Shown: positions 40,685 through 46,451 of the stretch, one piece after another
How positions within the stretch are numbered: the stretch's first letter is position 1
Layout of the letters: every line of letters starts with the position of its first letter
Origin: an uncultured Puniceicoccaceae bacterium
GTDB lineage: Bacteria; Verrucomicrobiota; Verrucomicrobiia; Opitutales; Oceanipulchritudinaceae
Assembly: GCA_963933835.1 (NCBI GenBank)
Contig: CAWVVV010000008.1
Coordinates: 1-46,451, forward strand
Direction of reading: 5' to 3'
Length of the DNA stretch: 46,451 nucleotides
Notes under the pieces: model-generated
The model's input: the letters and a program-made list of their open reading frames with translations, nothing else
The model's database searches: none
Told to the model about the DNA's origin: nothing
Made by a program: the position numbers and the translations under genes

Positions 40685-41389
40685 ATGGCGAAACGAAACA
40701 ATTCGAAGGCTCCTAAGACGATCAAGGTCGTGTTCTTTTTTGGTCTTCTTGCGGCGTTGGGTGGAGCGGTCCTTGGACTATTTAGTTTGGTCACGCAACC
40801 AGTGACCGAAATGCGAGCGGCTCCCGAGGAACCGGATCCTAGCACAGTCTACTACATTAAAGGAGCGGATTCGGGTTCGTCGCGTTGGCGCACAGTGCGC
40901 GCACAGATTTTTCAAGGTTCAGCTGCCACGCTGCAGGTGTCGGCCGGAGATCTGAATGGCTGGGCTAATGCGATGTTTACGCCTAGTAAATTGAAGGCAC
41001 TTCCCTCAGATGGTGAGGACACTGCTCAGCCGCCGTCGAGTCTCTTTGGCCTGAAAGTGAATTTATCTAGCGTGAATTTTCGAATCGAAGGCGATGAGTT
41101 GCAATTGGCGGCTTATCTTGAGTTCCCCGACTTGGCTCCTGGGAAACGGTTTGTCTACCAAGCGCTGGGATCTTTTGAGGCTGGATCTGAAGGTCCTCGA
41201 TTCAAAGCTAGAACAAGCACCCTTGGGCGAGCTTCGCTTTCGGCAATCCCTGTAGTAGGAGGCTTAATACACCAGGGTTTGCTTTCGCAATTATCGAGCG
41301 CACCCGAGTGGGGAGCCTTGTCTGGGATTTGGACCAATGTCGCGGCGATTGAGATCGCTGAAGGAATGGCGACCTTGACCCTTCAGTAG
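40685..41389 (+). CDS. Hypothetical membrane-anchored protein
   Basis: N-terminal TM helix; 234 aa ORF at operon-like spacing. Confidence 0.7.
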   Translation: MAKRNNSKAPKTIKVVFFFGLLAALGGAVLGLFSLVTQPVTEMRAAPEEPDPSTVYYIKGADSGSSRWRTVRAQIFQGSAATLQVSAGDLNGWANAMFTPSKLKALPSDGEDTAQPPSSLFGLKVNLSSVNFRIEGDELQLAAYLEFPDLAPGKRFVYQALGSFEAGSEGPRFKARTSTLGRASLSAIPVVGGLIHQGLLSQLSSAPEWGALSGIWTNVAAIEIAEGMATLTLQ

Positions 41390-41401
41390 GGCTTCACGGC
41401 G

Positions 41402-42376
41402 ATGGCCCGGTGGAGCAAGTTGTATCAAGTTGCCATCTGGATTTGTTGTCTTGGGAGCTTTACCCTTTCGGGGAGGTTGGTAGCGATTACGGTTGAGGAA
41501 GGAGGCTTTGTACTCACCGGCGATGATCCTGAGGCACTGCTGGCAGTCCGCTACCTGGTCCGTGCTTCGGATCAAAAATGGCGGAGCCTAGGTGTCGCTA
41601 GCCAAGCGATTGCGCGGACGCTGCCGGTAGAGATCAGAGTAGATGGCGAAGGCGCGGCCTTTGACTGGAGCGCAGATCTGAGTGAGGGAACGGCTGTGAA
41701 AAGGATCGCGCGCCATTGGCTTGGAATGCGATTGGGGGTTCAGTCTGCTCAGGAAAAAATTGGAACGCATGCTTGGGTACTCGATTGGATGACTGGGACG
41801 TTTCTGAGTGAACGTTCTCCGACGGGTAAAGCACTGTGGATCGCGCGAGCGGGGGAGGTCCCAATGCCTCTCGGTCGTTTGTTAGATAGCGATGCTGAAT
41901 CGACTACGGTACTAGAATTCCAGCGCTGGTTGCTGGGCGAGTGGTGGTATCACACGGGTGGAAAAGTGGAGCTTGGAGGGCATGGAAGTAGTCTTTTAGA
42001 GGCGGATTGGGCGGCATTTTTCTTCGCTCAAAAAGCAGCTGAAGGCGGGCCTTTTATGAGTATGGCGGAATCGGCTCGGCGGATTGAAACAGTGGGTCAA
42101 CTCACCCTTGTGCAAACTGGGCTAGAGGCTCGAGTATGGCTGCATGAAGTGCCGACCGTAGTTCCCGTGGAAACGAAAGCTCATCGGCTTGCGCAACTGC
42201 GCCTTTTGCGTGAGCGCATCCACCCGGTTTACCACCGCGCGCTGCTTGCTCTCATCGGAGCGGCCGAGAGTGGCGATGGAAATTCGTTTTTCTCGCTCTC
42301 ATTTGCGCAAGCGTGGGCTGAGGCCGAGGATACGGCGTCCGAGATTCGAGCTGGCCTGAATGCTAATTTGAGGTGA
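41402..42376 (+). CDS. Hypothetical exported protein
   Basis: 324 aa ORF with hydrophobic N-terminus, 12 bp after the previous stop. Confidence 0.65.
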   Translation: MARWSKLYQVAIWICCLGSFTLSGRLVAITVEEGGFVLTGDDPEALLAVRYLVRASDQKWRSLGVASQAIARTLPVEIRVDGEGAAFDWSADLSEGTAVKRIARHWLGMRLGVQSAQEKIGTHAWVLDWMTGTFLSERSPTGKALWIARAGEVPMPLGRLLDSDAESTTVLEFQRWLLGEWWYHTGGKVELGGHGSSLLEADWAAFFFAQKAAEGGPFMSMAESARRIETVGQLTLVQTGLEARVWLHEVPTVVPVETKAHRLAQLRLLRERIHPVYHRALLALIGAAESGDGNSFFSLSFAQAWAEAEDTASEIRAGLNANLR

Positions 42377-43361
42377 GATCCTCTGCCTCGATCTTGAGTT
42401 CTTCGGCAACGTTTGCGACGACGACGCGGGCGCCGAGTCCGGGAACAAAATCAGACATTTCCTGACCTTCTGGAGTGGCGCGTAAGGCGTTCTGAATCAT
42501 CCCCATCTTTGCATCTAGATTGTCGATCATGCTAACAAAGACGGCCTCTGGGGTGGCGGCCTTGGCTGCGGCTCCCCACTCAAGTTCACCTTGGTGGCTG
42601 AGGACGATGTGCTCAAGACGTTCGCACAGATCGGGTTCGAGGCGTGCTTTGAGAGCAGCTTTGCGCACTTGGCGGTAACCAAGGACAACATGACCCTGAA
42701 GAATTCCTGTGCGGGTGCGTTGTGTTGCCATCGCACCGGTGTATTCGTCGACTTTACCGGCGTCGTGCACAATGATACCGGCGAGAGCGAGTTCACCGTG
42801 CACTTCTGGATACAAGGGTAAGAGTGCTCGGCAGGCTCGCGCCATGTGAACGGTGTGCTCGAGCAGGCCGCCGCGGTAAGCGTGGTGCATCGAAATCGCA
42901 CCCGGGGTTTCGGAGAAACCGGGAAGGTTTTCCAAGACGGAGGCTACCGTTTCGCGAAGGCGTTCGTGAGTGATGCTTACGACGAAGGCGTTGAGCTCTT
43001 CCCAGAGTTCCGTGAGGTCTTCGGGGGCTGTCTCGACGAGGTTTGCGGCGTATTTGTTTTGTTCCTCTGCGGGAATGACTTCGACAGTGACGAGTTTTGG
43101 TGAAAAACGCCCCTGATAGTAGCCAGTGTGGCCTTTCGCGCGAACGATTGCTCCAGCGTTGAGATCGGAAAACACCGTGTGTTCGGCTGAGTTTTCGAAA
43201 CAGACGACATGAAAAATTCCCGTCCTGTCGCCTAGCTCGACCATGAGGAATTGGCTATCGTTTTTCGCCCGCTTCTTTGCCACCTGTTTGACAAGGAGAA
43301 TGAGCTCGAAAGTAAGTTTCTGGTCCTTAGGCGCTCGTTTTAATTCGGCCACTGATTGCAT
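42363..43361 (-). CDS. YhaM-family OB-fold + HD-domain nuclease
   Basis: N-terminal OB fold (LGDRTG), then HHAYRGGLLEH, HDAGK, HIVLSHQG and IDNLDAK motifs. Confidence 0.88.
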   Translation of the reverse strand: MQSVAELKRAPKDQKLTFELILLVKQVAKKRAKNDSQFLMVELGDRTGIFHVVCFENSAEHTVFSDLNAGAIVRAKGHTGYYQGRFSPKLVTVEVIPAEEQNKYAANLVETAPEDLTELWEELNAFVVSITHERLRETVASVLENLPGFSETPGAISMHHAYRGGLLEHTVHMARACRALLPLYPEVHGELALAGIIVHDAGKVDEYTGAMATQRTRTGILQGHVVLGYRQVRKAALKARLEPDLCERLEHIVLSHQGELEWGAAAKAATPEAVFVSMIDNLDAKMGMIQNALRATPEGQEMSDFVPGLGARVVVANVAEELKIEAEDLTSN

Positions 43362-43452
43362 GCTTCAACCTCGTCTGCGGATCGCTTGTGGGCAATGGCG
43401 AATATGGACGGATGTTTGACAATTGGGTCTACTCCCATGCATCCATCCAGCT

Positions 43453-43980
43453 GTGAGCTACGATAAAACAGCCAAAGACCTCCCCTATAAGATTAGCACG
43501 CTCGTCTACGTGAAGAATACGGAAGGCAAAATCCTTCTTATCCAGCGGCGTAAGTCTCCGAACTATGGTCTGTGGAGTCCGATTGGCGGAAAGCTGGAAA
43601 TGTCGACGGGGGAATCGCCCTTCGAGGCCGCGCGGAGAGAGGTCGAAGAGGAAATAGGCCTTCAGCTCAAGGACAGGGATCTGCACCTCTTCGGACTTAT
43701 TTCAGAGAAAGGTTATGAGGACAGCTGTCACTGGTTGATGTTTCTCTTTGTTGTCCACACTCGGATCACGGAGCTACCGCCTGAGATCGATGAGGGGCCT
43801 TTTGGCTTTTTCTCGCGTGGAGAGATCGACGAATTACCTGTGCCACAAACCGACAAGGAATCACTTTGGGCTATTTACGACGAGCACCATCAGGGGTTCA
43901 TCAGTCTGAGGGCCGATTGTAGTAGCGAGGGGCCGCTCGATGTTGTTGTTGAGCAGACGCTCACGGCCAATGGAGCTTAG
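43453..43980 (+). CDS. NUDIX hydrolase (MutT-like)
   Basis: Nudix box GGKLEMSTGESPFEAARREVEEEIGL. Start uncertain (GTG 43453 or TTG 43423). Confidence 0.88.
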   Translation: MSYDKTAKDLPYKISTLVYVKNTEGKILLIQRRKSPNYGLWSPIGGKLEMSTGESPFEAARREVEEEIGLQLKDRDLHLFGLISEKGYEDSCHWLMFLFVVHTRITELPPEIDEGPFGFFSRGEIDELPVPQTDKESLWAIYDEHHQGFISLRADCSSEGPLDVVVEQTLTANGA

Positions 43981-45317
43981 TACCCGCGTGCGTAGCGTGC
44001 GCCTTGGGCGTCCTCGAAGACAATCGCTGTACCTTCTTCGGTGAAGCCAATAAAACGCAGCTCGTAGAGCGGATCGATGAGGCTGCCGATGCGGTAGGCG
44101 ACACCACCGACGATGAGAATAGATTCAGCTCCGCGGTTTCTGACCATCGAGATCGGGAGGTTATCAACGAGTGCCGAAACTTCTTCGGAGCGCTGTGGCT
44201 GCGTGGACTCTGCAGATGTAGGCGAGGGTGCTGTCTGAGTATCTGCGTTCGGCGGGGTGACTTGGGTTTGCGTAACTGCTGCGGGTGATACCTGTCCAGC
44301 CCTAGGGGTGTCGCTTTTCGTTGTAGTTATAAAGTAATACGCACCAACCCCAGATAAAGTGATGATGAAGAGGAGCCAAAGTAGAATCTTTGGCATCTTC
44401 CCGTTTTTCGCGGGATTAATCTCTCCTTCGAAGAGGGGGGCATCAACGGGAGGTGGCTTCTTCAGCGAGACGGTCGGGCGCAGAGTGTCGATCGATACGG
44501 CGGGAGGGGCGGATTCGATCGGGTCTGACTCGGAGTCTGCGTCGCTTTTTTCAGCGATGGGTGCTTTGGTTCTTTTGCGATTTGAGGGCGTATTGCCCCG
44601 GCGCGGAAAATTAGAAATCACGACTCGATCAGCACTTTCTTCGGAGTAATCGAATGGGGGGGCTGTGAGCATCGTCTTATGTTTTGCTTCAATGGCCTTG
44701 TCCTTGCTCAGGTCTACCTCCTTAGGCTCGGGGAGGTCTTCGGTAGACGGTTCGGAACCGAGCAGCGCATCGAAGGCCTCGTCTGTAATCGTTTCTTTTG
44801 GGGCAGGGGTAGAAGTCTGCTCCTCGATTTTCGCGGACTCGGCCGCACGCTTTTGAGCAAGTTCTCTCGGTATAGCGGGCGAGTCTGTGGAGGGTGGTGG
44901 AGGGGCTACGGGTTCCGTTGCAGGACGAGGTTCTTTTTGCACGACCGGCGCTTTGGCCTCATCCGAAACCGTTTCTACGGCTGTAGCCGCTGGCATTGGA
45001 GGGCGGCTGAGGGCTAATTTTCGTTTAACCGGCGCTGGTTTCGTCGTCGGCGCTTCTTTCAAGGAGGCGCTGAGCTTCAGTTTAGTGCGTTTTGGCTCGT
45101 CGTTCGACGTCTCTACAGTTGTTCGTAAATGGTTTTCTGTCTCAGCCTTTGGATCTGACGGGGTCGGTGCAACTGGCTTCGCGACTGCCTTTTCGGGCGA
45201 GTTAGCTTCGGCCGAAGGGTTCTTTTGCAAGCCGAGTTTGCGCAAGGTAAGCTTGGGCCTCGGAACTTGATTCGATGAATCAGAAGCGTTTGAGATATTT
45301 GGCTCCTTGTTGATCAA
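43977..45317 (-). CDS. Membrane protein with long Pro-rich disordered N-terminus and GspB-like C-terminal beta domain
   Basis: TM helix ILLWLLFIITLSGVGAYYF; C-terminal domain resembles that of the upstream ORF. Start uncertain. Confidence 0.65.
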   Translation of the reverse strand: MINKEPNISNASDSSNQVPRPKLTLRKLGLQKNPSAEANSPEKAVAKPVAPTPSDPKAETENHLRTTVETSNDEPKRTKLKLSASLKEAPTTKPAPVKRKLALSRPPMPAATAVETVSDEAKAPVVQKEPRPATEPVAPPPPSTDSPAIPRELAQKRAAESAKIEEQTSTPAPKETITDEAFDALLGSEPSTEDLPEPKEVDLSKDKAIEAKHKTMLTAPPFDYSEESADRVVISNFPRRGNTPSNRKRTKAPIAEKSDADSESDPIESAPPAVSIDTLRPTVSLKKPPPVDAPLFEGEINPAKNGKMPKILLWLLFIITLSGVGAYYFITTTKSDTPRAGQVSPAAVTQTQVTPPNADTQTAPSPTSAESTQPQRSEEVSALVDNLPISMVRNRGAESILIVGGVAYRIGSLIDPLYELRFIGFTEEGTAIVFEDAQGARYARGY

Positions 45318-46140
45318 GAAATACGAGTTCGTTTGAGCTGATTGAGGAAATGCTTATGCCGAGGTTTGCATCGACAAGGTCGCTGGTTGAAAACGCGCGA
45401 CTGCGTTGAGACTCTGGGTCGTAGAGAAGCACTTTGCCGCCTCCACGCATGATGCCACGAATCTCGAAGCCGGCGATGCGCCCACGAATCGCGGGAAGCT
45501 GAACCGGTGGTGGTGCAACTGCCGTGATGGGTTTAGAGGTGGGTGCAGATGTTCGTTGGGGCGCTGGTTTAGGAGCGTTGACGACAATAGGTGCCGACGG
45601 TTGTTGGGGTGGCGCTTGGGTGGCGTTCTCTTCTACTTTAAAAGTGATCGGAGCGAGGGCAGATTCCGGTGCGCTCGGTGGGCTTTGGAGGCTTTCGCTC
45701 GGCGCGCTACTCGATGTCTGAGAGGCGGTCGAATTCGCTGCGATGGCTGGTTTGGCGACCGCTGGCGTATGGGTGCTCGCGCCCGGCGCAGGTGCCGTTG
45801 AAGGCGTTGGGTTTGTCATCGCTGGTGCCTGGCTTTCGCTTGGCGCGACGATAGCAACCGCGTCTTGACGAGGACCAGTGATATTGAGCACCCCCCAGAC
45901 GATGAGTCCACCGCCTAGCATAAAGACTAGGGCGATCGCAGCGATGGCGAAAAAGACGAGTGGTTTGCTCGACGAACGACGATCCTCGGCAGTGGGCGCA
46001 GGGAGAGGAACTGCTGCGGGCACAGCCGGCACTACCGTCGTTGGTTCGATAGCCGGTGGAGGCGTTTGAATGGCGCTGGGTGTGGGCTGCCCTTGCTGTT
46101 GGGCTTGGGCCTTTTTGAGGGCTTCGCTGATGAGGCTCAT
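45280..46140 (-). CDS. GspB/ExeB-like protein
   Basis: MSLISEALKKAQ N-terminus, TM helix, Pro/Ala/Ser/Thr linker and small C-terminal beta domain. ATG overlaps the ExeA stop (ATGA). Confidence 0.7.
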   Translation of the reverse strand: MSLISEALKKAQAQQQGQPTPSAIQTPPPAIEPTTVVPAVPAAVPLPAPTAEDRRSSSKPLVFFAIAAIALVFMLGGGLIVWGVLNITGPRQDAVAIVAPSESQAPAMTNPTPSTAPAPGASTHTPAVAKPAIAANSTASQTSSSAPSESLQSPPSAPESALAPITFKVEENATQAPPQQPSAPIVVNAPKPAPQRTSAPTSKPITAVAPPPVQLPAIRGRIAGFEIRGIMRGGGKVLLYDPESQRSRAFSTSDLVDANLGISISSISSNELVFLDQQGAKYLKRF

Positions 46141-46451
46141 TGTATAGTCATTTCCCGTGAGGCGCGACGAACGTCCCACCAGTTTACGTGATCTCGCGAG
46201 TGCACGAAGGCGGCGAGGAGTGATTTGTCACAAAGATTGTTTACCAAGCGCGGAATGCCTTGGCTTTGACGGTGGATACGGCTGATGGCGCGGGCGCTGA
46301 ACCAAGGCTTACCGTTTGCACCGGCGAGGGTGAGTCGGTGACGAACATAATGTGAAATCTGTTCGCGACTGAGCGGCTTGAGTTCGCAGTAGACAAGGAT
46401 GCGCTGACGAAGCTGGCGGAGCTCGGGGAGGCGCAGTTTTTCCTTCAGCTC
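46137..46451 (-). CDS. ExeA/GspA-family AAA ATPase, C-terminal part (not in the ORF track)
   Basis: Manual translation: ELKEKLRLPELRQLRQRILVYCELKPLSREQISHYVRHRLTLAG...FSARAISRIHRQSQGIPRLVNNLCDKSLLAAF...MTIQ*. Confidence 0.85.
   Translation of the reverse strand, partial: ELKEKLRLPELRQLRQRILVYCELKPLSREQISHYVRHRLTLAGANGKPWFSARAISRIHRQSQGIPRLVNNLCDKSLLAAFVHSRDHVNWWDVRRASREMTIQ

Noticed and set aside
41402..42376. Possible zinc metallopeptidase
   Set aside because: No HExxH motif; left as hypothetical.

Overview
Bacterial chromosomal window of mostly housekeeping genes. The gene types suggest Verrucomicrobiota (Opitutales/Puniceicoccaceae-like); this is an inference, not a search result. From left to right: an IS5-family element running off the edge; a frameshifted tandem TonB-C-terminal-like gene; a minus-strand pyrR-pyrB-pyrC-CPBP-thiL-tsaE-uup run; a truncated LacI-type sensor fragment; ribH-nusB-ftsY-aroB; a ketosynthase-ACP-phytoene-desaturase-like oxidoreductase cluster; a Y-family polymerase with a GAAC-N4-GTTC palindrome over its -10 box; guaB and a divergent purA; menC-menE; a pseudopilin; glyA; a PpiD/SurA-like gene; YihY; a frameshifted aldo-keto reductase; a signal-peptide-bearing Ni-SOD; a frameshifted M20 amidohydrolase; an FAD oxidoreductase; a ~1.1 kb accessory islet with a stand-alone Prim-Pol gene and a ~146 nt structured element; fur-like-sufCBD with a palindromic operator; ispA; several hypotheticals; yhaM-like; NUDIX; and an ExeA/GspB-like trio at the right edge. 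Best leads are the Prim-Pol plus candidate ncRNA islet, the KS-ACP-FAD oxidoreductase cluster, the inverted-type SOS box and the PurA charge swap. All calls are by motif recognition only; no database searches or folding programs were run.
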